Shown: positions 24,130 through 35,981 of the stretch, piece after piece
Layout of the letters: each line of letters begins with the position of its first letter
Numbering within the stretch: the first letter of the stretch is position 1
NCBI RefSeq assembly: GCF_018350175.1
Contig: NC_058368.1
Span: forward strand, 111,044,001-111,108,000
DNA: 64,000 bases
Direction: 5' to 3'
Origin: Felis catus
Taxonomy: Eukaryota
Translations under genes and position numbers: made by a program
The notes under the pieces: model-generated
What the model was told of the DNA's origin: nothing
The model's database searches: none
What the model saw: the letters and a program-made list of their open reading frames with translations, nothing else

Positions 24130-24245
24130 AATCTGACTTCATAGGATTTTCATAAAGATTAAATAACTTAATCCACATAAAATGCTTACAATAGTACTGG
24201 GCACATATAATGTGCTCAGTTACAGTGAGCAGTGATGATGATGAT
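24130..24245 (+). mobile_element. MIR 3' fragment
   Basis: CTTCATAGGATT..AAGATTAAAT..AAAATGCTTACAATAGTACTGGGCACATA. Confidence 0.7.
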
Positions 24246-24419
24246 ATCATTGATGATGGGTTGTGGTCATTTCACATGTCTGTTCTATTGTCTTGATTGT
24301 GGCTGTCACTCTTAAGTAGGTAGATTTCAGAGTAAAGAAAGATGACAGCAAGAGGTGATAGGTATTGGGGAGATGGATTCAGGTTCAGCAAGAATTCTCA
24401 CAGCCTTGGAGCGGGTTGG

Positions 24420-24950
24420 CAGACCAGAAAGTCTTCCTGGTCTTAAAAGATGAGTAAGTGACAGTTTAAAGTCCAGGAAGACGGGAGAGTCATGGTGAAG
24501 CTAGGGGCATGCAGAATGAGGTCACTGTGTGGCTGAATGTTGAGTCAAGGTAGCAGGAGATGTCCTGGAGCCAGACTGGGCAGGACCTTTACCCAAGGGG
24601 ATCATAGACCCCTGGAGGGTTTGCAGCAGGAGAGAGACCCCTTTGACTTAAATTCTGAGTTCACTCTGGCTGTTGGGTGCAGAATGGACAGCAAGGGCAT
24701 GGATAGGAGCAGGCAGACAGGGAGAGGTTGCTACAGGCATCTACAAGAGGGGTGGTGGTGGCTTGGCCTGAGTAGTAGCAGTGGAGGTGGAGGGCTAGGG
24801 ACTGTTTCTGGAGATGTTTGGAAGGAAAAGATGCTGGATTGGCCATGGGGCTGAAGGGCTCACTGCCCAGGGGGCTTGGGTGGATAGGTGGCTGGCATTG
24901 CCATTTCCTGAGATCTGACCAGTGGAAAAAACAAGTTGAAGGGACAAGGC
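24420..24950 (-). mobile_element. L2 fragment
   Basis: GGAGGGTTTGCAGCAGGAGAGAGAC..TCACTCTGGCTGTTGGGTGCAGAATGGA..GGTGGCTTGGCCTGAGTAGTAGCAGTGGAGGTGGAG. Confidence 0.75.
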
Positions 24951-27099
24951 TGGCATGTGGTTGTTGAGAGTTGAGTGATTAGTCTACCTTCTCACACCTC
25001 TCCTGGTTACACATCACAGCTCTTATATTCAGAAAGTTCTTTAAGTCTAGCCCAGACTTTCAGCTGCAACTTGAGCTCAGGCCATTTTCTACTGCCCTTG
25101 TTGAGTCTGCTTGGCACTGAGAGGCAGTGGGACTGAGGCATGGGCTGGGGGCCAAGGGCTTGGGTGGTGGACATGCCTGTTGCATGACCACCATCAAGCA
25201 TGCCAGCCTCTGGTGCCTGTCAGACTCAGACCCAGGGAGCCTGTGCCAGGGTGCGTGGGATGGAGGACCTGGTCCAGAAACCTCCTGCCCCAAGTGCTTC
25301 AGGTCCACACATGCCCCTCATCCTGCCTCTGGAGCCTTCTCAGATCAGAAGCATCCCCCAGGGCCCTCAAGAAAGCCCTTCTTCGTGAATCCTTCAGAGG
25401 TAGGAGGTGGAGAGTAAAATCTCTGATCTTGATGCCAGGCACAAACTCCTAGAAATTACTCACCAGAGGGTAAGGTTTCAGAAACCTAGGCAAGGGACCC
25501 TGCCCCATGGTCTGATCAGAATGGCTGGTCAGCAGGGGCTGTGGCATTGGGGAGCTTTCATGGGTGGGGCCAGAGCCCTGCTCATGCATACCTCCTTCCA
25601 GAACTGGGCTGCCCTACACCTCATCTTACCAAACTGCAGGTGGGGGACTGGGGCACCATGTTGAGCACTCCTTGGCCCTGCCTTTCTAGCTGACCATTTG
25701 GGACCCTCAAAGCTCCCAGACCTACTGAAGACTGACTTAACATGTATTTGGGGTCCTATCAGCAGCTTCCTCATCCCTGATCTCCATTTTGTCCTTCTGG
25801 AAGCATCCTGGAAGTCTGCTTCCCAACACCCTCAGGAAAAGTGTCCCAGTCTTGGCCTGTCATGAGCTCCCCATCCCCAGGAGCTAGAATTGCATAACCA
25901 GCTTGCTCAAGCTTCCTTCTTTTTCCCCCCACCTGCCACTCAGCTCTCTTGGGCCTGGCTCACATCCATGTCTGGTGCAGTCACAAGTCTGCCAGGGGGT
26001 ACAGAGATGAGTACCAGGAAGGGAATCAGGTCACCTGGGTTCCAGCTGGCTGGGACACAGCTGGGGACTTGTCCTAGCAGAGGTAGCATTTGGGAAGTCA
26101 TTAAATCTGGAGGGGCAGGGTGAATTAATGAGGGTAGTAGCTCTCCCTCACTCCTGAGCAGAAGCTCGTCTGGTGGAACCTTGAGAGGCAGGTTGCCAGG
26201 GGAATAGCCCTGTGACAATGTACTCTGTCCCCATGACAGAGCTTTTGCAGCTTGAGTGGTGAGGATACCTTCCTTATAGGAGTGGAGTCTCTAGGATCCT
26301 CAGCCCCAGACCTGTCTCTTCCCTGAAGTTAGAGAGAAACACCTGCCATGATCCCCCTCCTCACAATTCTATGTGCCCCCCCCCCCCCAAACCACTCTCT
26401 CCTGGCTGGGCTCCTGGATTTGCTCCAGAGGGCTGGATGTAATGGGAGTAGTCTCACAAAGTGTGCAGGGTCTGCTTCAGCCCTACACACTGGGAGTGTT
26501 TCCCAACTTCCTGCCACTTCCATGGAAGTCCCAACTTCCATGTCCAGATAGGGACTCTGGCCAGGGTGACCCCTCTAGCCCCAGGGACCTCCTCTAGGGC
26601 TTCCCAGAGGTCAGGCCGTTTGACGCTGTTCCTGGTACTGCCCTGTGATAGGAACCCCAAATTTCCCAAGGATAGAAGATAAGGCAGTCAGGGAGAAATG
26701 GGGGAGGACACAGTATAGAGAGAAGGAGTGATCAAAAGGGTACAGACCTTTTCCTCCTCATTCCTTGTTCACACCCCTCTCTGGCCAAATGATCCTTTCA
26801 CTTGGCACGACAGCAGGGATCTCTGGGAAGAAAGAGACTGAAATCTCTGAGGGGGGCAGGGTCTGGATATTTGGGTACATGGGGTCAGAGATGGCAGGAT
26901 TGCTAGGAGAAACCCCCAGAAAACAAGGGTGACCTAGGAAGGAATCCCCATGGGCCTGTCAACCTATTCTAAAACTAGATGGTCGGCAACCTCTTTTGGG
27001 GGCCTGAGGGATGCCCACTCTTTCAAAGGATCCTGAACTTTGCTGAGTCCTGCAGGGTCAGTCTAGCAAGAGCCTGGTACAGCCACCCACACTGCTGTG

Positions 27100-27225
27100 A
27101 AAAGAGACCTCAGGGAGTCAAACAGCTGGATCTCAGTGTCACTTTGGCTGTTTGCCAAAGCTTTGTGAGTTTCTGCCCCTCTTTGAGCCTCATTTTCTGT
27201 GTCTGTAAAATGGGTATCATCATTC
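27100..27225 (+). mobile_element. MIR core
   Basis: CTCTTTGAGCCTCATTTTCTGTGTCTGTAAAATGGGTATCAT. Confidence 0.7.
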
Positions 27226-27874
27226 CAAGGGATCAAAGGAAGTCTATTTTATTCCTAAATAACTCCCTTCTCTGCCTGTTGTACATTCCAAAAGCCCCAC
27301 TCTCCTTACCAAGTTTGGGTTAAGCATTGCCCTAGTCAGATACTCTTGAAAGGTGGCTGGGGGCTCACTAAGCTTCTTATCTTTGAGGGTAGAGTGTATT
27401 TTTTTGATGCCTTTGTGCCCTTTTTCCCAAGTTGGTCATGCTGCCATTAATTAAAATCTCTAGACAGCACTCTTACCTGCTGCCCCTGTGCTATGCCCAG
27501 ATGATTGCAAGCCAATGGACTGGAGCTTGGGCAAAGATGTCAACACAATGTTCCTTGGCCTAAGCTGTCATTGGCCCAAGCAGGACTCTGACACTCAGTC
27601 ACACCACCCTCTTGCCCCACTCTCTTTGAATCAACACCTATTGGCTGAGCCCTTATTTTGTGCCACACACCTTGACGGACTGAGAGGCAGGGAGTGGGCA
27701 GAGGGGAAGGTTAGCCATGCCATTGCCCCCGGTGGTGTCCACAGATCAACAGTATCCTCATAACATAGTACTAAGATTCCATCCAGCAAAATCCTCAAGG
27801 AGGGGACTTGTCCTTGGGAGCCAGGTAGGGAGGGCATGAAAGTTTCAGCCAGATCGCCAGTCCTCCTTACACCC

Positions 27875-28215
27875 TTAATGAGATGGCAGTGCCATCAGAT
27901 GTCTGGTCTAGCAGGATAAACAGAAAGTGCAGTCTCTCAGTTTAGGAAAATAGAATGTTGGGTTTGCTATCAGGCTCAAAAGCAGAGAGCTGGCAATAAA
28001 TCAAGCATTGAAAAGCGATGTCAGTGCTTCCAACTAAATTTCCGAGCCCGGGAAACAATTGCACATTAAAATCCATCGGAGGAAAAAAATCTATTAAAAC
28101 TTCAGGAGAAGTGCTTTGCTATAAATTAGATTTTTCTGCCAACCAGGATAATTCAATAATTTCCCCTTGACATTCTCAAGATTGCTCTTTGGGGAGGATT
28201 ATAATGCTTTGAAGT
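27875..28215. promoter_or_regulatory. Candidate conserved enhancer
   Basis: Unique AT-rich island with PBX-HOX (ATAAATCA 27996-28003), MEIS (TGTCA 28019, TGACA 28168) and SOX (AACAAT 28054) motifs; function inferred. Confidence 0.4.
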
Positions 28216-28934
28216 TGGGAGCAGTTTGTTTCCAAGGACAGAGGAAGAGTTCCTTGGGAGTGGAGGTGTGAGGGCAAAGAGGGGGCTCTTCTAACTAAAG
28301 GCAGGGAACCCATGTGGGGCTCAGAGCCACTGGACAGAGGTTTTCCAGACCTCCTGGTGATACAGGGCTTTGATCAGGGAATGCCCTAGGCTAGGTCATG
28401 ATTCTGACAGGAAAATTAGGTGTGGGGGACTTGAGGTCCTCCAGTATTACCTCTTAGTTAGGGCAGCCTCAGTCTTACAGCTTCCTTGATGACCATCTAA
28501 AACCTTCGCTAAAACCAACGCTTATGGAACCATAGCTGGTCTGGTAACAAGGTGCCTAAGGTCACTTCTTAGTTCTGACTTCAGGGTGGGTAGGGGTGGC
28601 TCCTTGCCTCCCAGTCTTCTTTTCTTCCTTTGCTGTGCAAAGCTGAGCACCAGGCAAGACCTCTCCCCCATACCCTGTCTCCTGTCATTTGGGGCTTTGA
28701 TCCTAGTCCCTGTCTCTCTGTACAAGGTACAAGGTACAAGGTATAACACTGTCATGATGCCAGACTCAGGTTGATCAGCACTGTTCTGGGTGGACTAGGC
28801 AACTGGCAGAGAGAGGGTGCCAGGCAAGGGCACGGACCTTGGGGAACTGGGCACAATCTGCCGGGCCACCGGGTACCAGCCCCTAAGACAACTGTGGGGG
28901 TAGTTGAGGAGGGACCTGAGTCAGGAGTTGGGTA

Positions 28935-29135
28935 GGATAGGGCTCCAGAGCCAGCTTGCCTGGCTATGACTCCATGCCCCTCCGATGACAGCTCATCTAA
29001 CTTCTCTAAGCCTTGCTTTTGCTAACTATAAAATGGAGATGGCAACACTACCTGCCTTGTAGATAGAACTAAATATGACAATGTTTGTGAAGCACCTAGC
29101 ACCATGCTGGACCACAGAGGCAGTACTTAGTATCT
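28935..29135 (+). mobile_element. MIR
   Basis: GGCTCCAGAGCCAG..TAACTTCTCTAAGCCT..CTATAAAATGGAGATG..GTGAAGCACCTAGCAC. Confidence 0.75.
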
Positions 29136-29384
29136 TTAGGACACAGGTACACTGACCCCAGACCATAGCTCTTCCTGCTGCAGGAGACCCATCCCCTGCA
29201 GCCCCTAGTCACGTCCCTTTCTCCCTCCTCTCCCATCCAAACTGGCCTGTCTTTGGGGACTTATTTCCTCAGACAGAACCATGACGAATGATGTCTGCTT
29301 GTAGAGCTGGACTGCCCACTGGGCACAAGCACAGAATTGTGTTTCAGATGACCTTACCCCCAGCGGTCACTCATTGTTGCTACC

Positions 29385-29520
29385 GACAACCCTCCCAACA
29401 AGGGAGGTTGATATTAGAGTTCTTTCATTTCACAGAGGCCCTGGGAGATAAAGTGACAGTGCTCAAGATCTCATATCTAGGGGAAGAGGATGGAGCTATG
29501 ACTGGGGCCAAAGGTCAAAA
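29385..29520 (-). mobile_element. MIR fragment
   Basis: ACAACCCT..CATTTCACAGAGG..AAGTGAC.GTGCTCAAGATCTCATATCTAG. Confidence 0.55.
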
Positions 29521-30454
29521 CCAACTCAGCCACAGAAGCAGTCCCCGGTCTCAAGATTTCTCCCTCTCATGGTCCTTCTTTCCTTCCTTCTTTGCTTCCT
29601 TCCTTACTCCCCACAAGTCAGAGCCCTCCCAGAGCCTACATAATGGCCGCTGAGACAGAGTAGCAAACTGAGGCAGGGACATGTGGCAGTGATCTCCTTC
29701 CCAATACTTCCCGAGTCTCCAGGAGAAAGGTCCCAGGTCCCCAAAGAAAAAGGCCAAAGGAGAAGAAAATGAGAGAGTCTGGGAAAGTTTCTATGTGAGT
29801 GGCTGTCACAACAGGCCATTCACTTGGACACTGCCTGACTCACAGGAGAGAGGAATTTGGGGTTTCAGAGGTCATCTCATCCCACCCTATTTTTGAATCA
29901 TTTCTTCCACACCACATAACATGGAGCTCGTTAGCTCCCAGGACAGCCCTAGGGTACAGATTGCCCTTTGCTCCTTGACCTCTTCTGTGGCTCAGACTTG
30001 GCTTTCTGTGGCACTGTCCTGTCCTTGACCGCATATGGTCAGGGCCCAGCCAGCAGCAGGGGGGTGGTGTGCACCTGCTGCTTCTCTCTTGGCAAGGTCC
30101 CAGGGTTGGGGGACTAATCTATAAGCAAGATAGGGGCTTTCTGGAGACTGCATCTCTCCAGAGGGCAGGGCTAAGCATTGGCGTGGCAGTGTTCCCTGGG
30201 GGCCCAGCCCTGTGCCCAGGAGTTTCCGTCAGAGTGGGGGTCAAAGGGAAACTTAAGGCTGGGGAATTTTGCCACCATGTGAAACCAGGCTGGGAGTTCA
30301 GGACACACGTAATCAATATCACTGAATTTGCCCCAAGATAAATATTTGTAATGTGTTAGCCCCCAACCCAGGGGATGTCCTGGTTCCTTAGAAAGGCCCA
30401 GAGAACCCGCTAGCAACAGGAAGGTCAGGACATGGTACCCTAAGGGGTAAGAAG

Positions 30455-30640
30455 TATCTGAGGTTTTGTAAACTCTGGCCCCTACCACTCAGTAGCTGTG
30501 TGACCTTCAGTAAGTAGCTTGGCCTCTCTGAGCCTCGGTTTCTTTCTCTAGCAGCAAAAGTGGTGCCCTCTTCAGAGCCTTGCTGGGGGTCACAAAAGAC
30601 ACGATTCCTGCTAAGTACCTAGCACAGCGTGAGCGCTCTG
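30455..30640 (+). mobile_element. MIR
   Basis: CTACCACTCAGTAGCTGTGTGACCTT..CCTCTCTGAGCCTCGGTT. Confidence 0.8.
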
Positions 30641-30679
30641 CAAACGCCAGCCTTTGTTACTATTTGCAGCAGGTGGGGA

Positions 30680-31520
30680 AACCCGTGGGAAATCCGGGCG
30701 CCTCTGGGAAGCTGGGGGTGGTGGGCAGGCTTTCCCGGAGCCAGGGGGCGGGGTAGGGGCGGAGCAACGCAGTCCGGGTCCCGCCTTCCCCCTCCGGCTC
30801 CTGGGGGCGCCCGTGGAGCTTCCCTGCAGCCCAAGGCAGCTGAGTCACGGTGGCCTGTCCGGCCGTTGGCCTTATCTCGAGACGTCGCTACCCCCCAAAA
30901 GCCCCCAGCCTGCCCGACGGTTACATCTAATTTGTGCCAAGTCCCTCTGGTAGTTCTTGGAAAAATTCCCAGGGGCCCATGAGTTTGGGGTCCCAAGGAA
31001 AGAGAGAGCCTCCTTCCGGGCTGTCTGGAGGTATCCAGGAACCCCTTGCCTAGAAAACTCTCCCTGCGCCTGCCGGCTCAGTGTCTTATCTTTCTACCAT
31101 TAGCTAAACTTTCCTTGGGAGTAAGCGTTGTCTTTTGCAGATTTCTCTTTTAAAAGGCGCATTCCCACCCAATGCTTTTGAAAGGGAAACCAGAAGATTG
31201 GAGAACCGGCGGAGATAGACCCTAGGCGCCAAGAAGGGGAGGAGGACTGAGGGACCAGACTGGGATTTGGCTGCCTCCTAGTCTCCCTCAGGCTCCGCCT
31301 GCCCCTCTCCCAGCCCCCAGGACTCTAGGGGAAGTGCCGGGTGGGGGAGGGGGAACAGAGCTGACAGATTCTGTAAACAGAGCCGGTTTGGGCCTCGGCC
31401 AAGGACGGGGTGTCCTGGCCCAGCCTGGGTGTGAGGCCCATCCGCGGCTCTCCAGGACACCCCGCCCTGCCCGGCTGGCCCGGGGGTGCCCAGCCCACAG
31501 CCAGCTCCAGCCAGGATGTG
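30680..31520. promoter_or_regulatory. Small CpG-rich promoter/enhancer-like element
   Basis: 20 CpGs counted in 30681-30920; GC boxes at 30745-30753 and 30756-30764; GCTGAGTCAC 30839-30848; CTTATCT at 30871 and 31085. Confidence 0.6.
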
Positions 31521-33216
31521 TTGAGTTTTGGGAAGTGTCCAGTTCCCTCGTGGAGAATGTGCCCCCACTAGGGTCTGGAGGAGTGGGGGCTTCTAAGAAC
31601 TGTCAATGATCATTCACCAAGTGCCAAACTTAGGCATAGGGAGGGTCGTCTGATCCCTGCCCATGGGGAAAGCTGCTACTGGATTGTGGCCCCATGCCCA
31701 TTTCCACCTCTGATCCTGCCCTATACCCTGCTCTTCTGCTATCTGGGGCAGAATCCCTATGGGGTAGAGAAGCTGAGAGAGGGGACTCAGGTTCTGAGAA
31801 TACTTCAAAGCCCAGTGCTGCCGCGTTGGCTTGTTGCCAAATGTGGTGTCTCATGCCCATGGCCTCACAGGGGCAACCCAGAGAGCTGTAAGGAATGACC
31901 TGGAAAGGGGGATAGGGAAACGACAGGCATACTCAAGGATATTCAATGTTGGAAGCAATAGCCAGCTGTGGGTATGAGGTGGGGAGAGGGGTCTCTGTGT
32001 GTTTAAGGGAGCAGGTGACTCAGAGATACTGGCACCCCAGCAGGTGGAGATAGCTGTGGGCTATGCCTTAGAGGAGAATATGTAAGATACAGAGAAGGGT
32101 CCTGGTGGAGGAGGAGAGGTTGGCCATTGAAATTTGTAGGCTGGGCCACAAGTGCCAGTTACAGGTTCTAGACTTTTTTGTTGGGGTGATGTGTTCCTGG
32201 ATGATAGTGGATGGGGTGGACAAAAGGTCCCAAGGACAAATGTTTTTGGGAAACACTGTGTTCAAAAAAGCTAAGCACCATTTACTGGGCTTTATCAAAG
32301 CCTTTATTTCATATGACAATTAACAGCATTTTTGTTTTCCAAGAGTGGGGAGGGTATAGAGAAGTTCCCCTCACACCTTAAGGCCAGCCTCATGGGGCTT
32401 GTGCTCTTCTGAAAATACTGGGGCCCAAGGCTTAATAAGTATGTCTTTCTTGCTGACTCTGGCCCACATGGAATGGGTGGGCACATATAGGCTTTCCTAG
32501 AAACCATGGCTTCCTAGAAACCCACATTCAGTGACCATATCCTCAAAGAGGGGCCAGCCTATAGAAGCCAGGCATGGGGTGATGGTCATAAGAGAATGTT
32601 TTATTAATGAGTTTGGCAGGCTGAAGGTTCTGGGTCCCAGGCTCTAGGCAATATCCTACTCCCCAAATCAGGTCACCAGGACAGCATTGGTGAATCTGGA
32701 ATACCTGGTCATGTAAGATAACAATATAGTGATGACATCTTGTATGCAGTGTGAAAGCAGGCTGAGAAGGGAGAGGTCAGTGGGAGATGGCACCTCTTGG
32801 GAAGGGCTCCAAGATGAGGCGGGGTGTGGTAAGCCTTTCCAGGTGGCTAAGTTTTAGTGGTATAGGAAGAGAGGACTGGCCTGGCCGGTCTGACCAGCAT
32901 CAGGAGAGAAGGCTGGAAAGGCCCACAGAATCAGCTTCACCCGCTTCTTTGATGAGCTAGATCTCAGGCTGAGGTATGTAATGTGTCTTATGTGACTCTA
33001 AAGAATACATACTCCTGAGCCTTCTTTTCCATCAAGTCTCACTTCTGCCTTCATGGCCAGATAACTCTTCCAAGTCTTTCCCCTGTATTTTCCTTTCTTC
33101 CTTGTTCACATCACTCCCCATCCTGCCAATTTCCAATAACTGACCATGGCACTGAAATGCTTTTGGCTGGCTGAGGGTCATCAGAGTCCTCCTGATTCTC
33201 AGATCCATTAAAATGT

Positions 33217-33323
33217 ATTTATTTTTTTATTTAAGTAATCTCTATAACCAACATGGGGCTCAAACTCATAACCCTGAGATCAAGAGTTGCATGCCCCATC
33301 GACTGAGCCAGCCAGGTGCCTCT
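33217..33323 (-). mobile_element. SINEC_old-like SINE
   Basis: TTAAGTAATCTCTA..CCAACATGGGGCTC..CCCTGAGATCAAGAG. Confidence 0.9.
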
Positions 33324-33335
33324 GATATATATATA

Positions 33336-35275
33336 TATTTTTTTAATAAATAACTTGATTGACATATAATTCACATACCATGCAATTCATCTATTTAAGG
33401 TATAGAATTCAGTAGTTTTTAGTATATTCACAGAGATGTGCAATGATCACTGCAATCACTTTTAGGGCATTTCATCACCTTCTCCTCCAAAAATCATACC
33501 CATTAGGAGTCATTTCACTTTTCCCCCTATACCCTACCTCCAGGGCATTAGATAACCACTAATCTACTTGCTGCCCTTTTTTATTATTATTAAGTAAACT
33601 CTACACCCAACATGGGGCTCGAACTCACAACCCCAAGATCAAGAGTCACATGCTCCATCTACTGAGCCAGCCAGGTACCCCAATTTTCTCTTTATGGATT
33701 TGCCTATTCTGGATATTTCATTTAAGTGGAATCACACAATATGTGGTCTTTTTTCACTAGCTTCTTTACTTACGTAATGTTTTCATGGTTTATCCATGTG
33801 GTAGCATGTATTAGAATTTCTTTCCTTTTTATGGCTGGATAATATTCCATTTATTTGGTTTATCCATTTATCAGTTTATGACTCTTGGGTTGTTTCTACT
33901 TTTGGAATACTATGAATAATGCTGCTATGGACATTTATGTATAAGTTTTTCTATAGATACATGTTTTCCTTTCCCTTGAGCATATCCCTAGGAGTAGAAT
34001 TTCTGGATCATATGGTAACTCTATATTTAATCTTTAGGGGAACTGTCAGATTGTTTTCCAAAGCAGTTGCACTATTTTACATTTCTACCAGTAGTGTATG
34101 AGGGTTCTAATTTCTCCACATCCTTGCCAACATTTGTTATTATCTGTTCTTTTAATTGTAGTCATTCTAGTGGTATGTATGATGTAGTATCAGAGTATGA
34201 TTTCATTTGCTTTTCCCTGATGACTAATAATGAGTATTTTTTCATGTGCTTATTGGCAATTTGTATATATTCTTTGAGGCAATGTATATTCAGATCCTTT
34301 GCCCATTTTTAAATTGAGCATTTGTCTTTCTACTTTTGAGTTGTAAGAGTTCTTTATATATTCTAGATAAAAGCCCTTTGTCAGATATATGATTTGTAAA
34401 AATTTTCTACCATCATCTAGATTGTCTTTATACTTTCTTAATGTTGCTCTCTGTAGCATAAAATTTTTAATTTTGGTGAAGTCCAAGTTTATATGTTTCT
34501 TTGGTTGCCTGTGCTTTTGGTTTCATGGCTAAGAAATGATTGCTTGATCCAAGTAACAAATATTTACATCTATGTTTTCTTTTAATGGTTTGAGTTTTAT
34601 TTCTTACATTTGGATCTTTGATTTGGTTTGAGTTAATTTTTAGGTATGATGTGAGGTAGGGATCCAACTGCATTCTTCTGTACGTGAATATTCAGTTGTT
34701 CCAGCACTGTTTTTTCTTTTAGCCCATTAAATTGTCTTGTGCCCTTGTTGAAAATCAGTTGACCTTGAATGTAAGAGTTTATTTCTGAATTTTCACTTTT
34801 ATTCTATTATCTGTGTGTTTATTCGTTATGCCAATATCACATAGTCTTGATTTCTGTAGCTTTGCAGTAAGTTTTGAAAGCAGGACGTGTGAGTCCTCCG
34901 ACTTTTTGGTTTTTACCCAGATTGTTTTCATTGTCCTGAGTCCCTTGCATTTTCTACATGATATAGGATTAGCTTGTTAGTTTCTGCAAAGAAACTCATT
35001 GGAATGGGGATTGCATTGATTCTGTAGGTTACCATCTGAACAATATTGTCTTTTGATTCATGAACATAGGATATCTATTCCATTTATTTAGGTCTTCTTT
35101 AATTTCTTTTTTCCCCTTAATTTCTCTCAAAGATGCATTATAATTTTCAGTATATAAGTCCTATATTTGCTTGATTATATTTATTCTTAAATATTTTATG
35201 TTTTATACTTTATGTTTTATATTTTATATTGGTACTTGATTCTATTTATTCCTAAATATTTTATATTGTATATTT
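33336..35275 (-). mobile_element. L1 (L1MB-like), 3' ~1.9 kb
   Basis: 3'UTR ATATAATTCACATACCAT..TTTTAGTATATTCACAGAG; minus-strand decayed ORF2 (QLDPYLTSYLKINSNQIKDPNV). Confidence 0.92.
33577..33681 (-). mobile_element. SINEC_old-like SINE inside L1
   Basis: AAGTAAACTCTACACCCAACATGGGGCTCGAACTCAC..GAGCCAGCCAGGTACCCC. Confidence 0.9.
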
Positions 35276-35537
35276 TATTAAAGAGATTGTATCAGTAATT
35301 TAAAATCTTTCCACAAAGATTTCTTTTTTCCAGATAGAAAATACCATTCATATACAAACTTCCACAAGTATAGAAGTTTCTACTCCCAAAGACTAAAGTT
35401 ATCCTTCTAACTCATTTCATGGATCTAATATGTCCCTGACCCCCAAATCTAACAGGGTCAATATAGGAAAATTGAAGGCCAGTCTTGTTTATGAACAGCA
35501 TATAAAAACCCTAAACAAAGTATTATTAAAATTTATT

Positions 35538-35745
35538 GGGGCGCCCGGGTGGCTCGGTTGGTTAAGCATCAGACTCTTGATTGTAGTTCAGGTCGTGATC
35601 TTGGGGTTCATGAGTTGGAGCCCCCTGTTGGGCTCTGTGCTGACAGTGTGGAGCCTGCTTGGGATTCTCTGTCTCTGCCCCTCCCCTACTCATTCTCTCT
35701 CTCTCCCTCCCTCTCTCTCTCTCTCTCCCTCAATAAATAAACTTT
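35538..35745 (+). mobile_element. Can-SINE, older subtype
   Basis: GACTCTTGATT head variant; GGAGCCTGCTTGGGATTCTCT. Confidence 0.93.
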
Positions 35746-35762
35746 AAATTAAACAAAATTTA

Positions 35763-35981
35763 GGGGCACCTGGGTGGCTTGGTCGGTTGAGCATCTGACT
35801 TCAGCTCAGGTCATGATCTCAGTTTGTGGGTTTGAGTCCCATGTTGGGCTCTGTGCTGACAGCTCAGAGCCTGGAGCCTGCTTCACATTCTGTGTCTCCC
35901 TCTCTCTGTAGTCCTCCCTGCTCGCACTCTGTCTCTTAACAATAAATAAATGTTAAAAAAAAAAACATTTTTTAAATAATA
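35763..35981 (+). mobile_element. Can-SINE inserted in the tail of the previous SINE
   Basis: TSD TAAACAAAATTTA on both sides. Confidence 0.95.

Noticed and set aside
30619..30996. Overlapping 100-125 aa ORFs on both strands at the CpG element
   Set aside because: Expected from stop-codon scarcity in GC-rich DNA; low-complexity G/P/A/R peptides with no recognisable family
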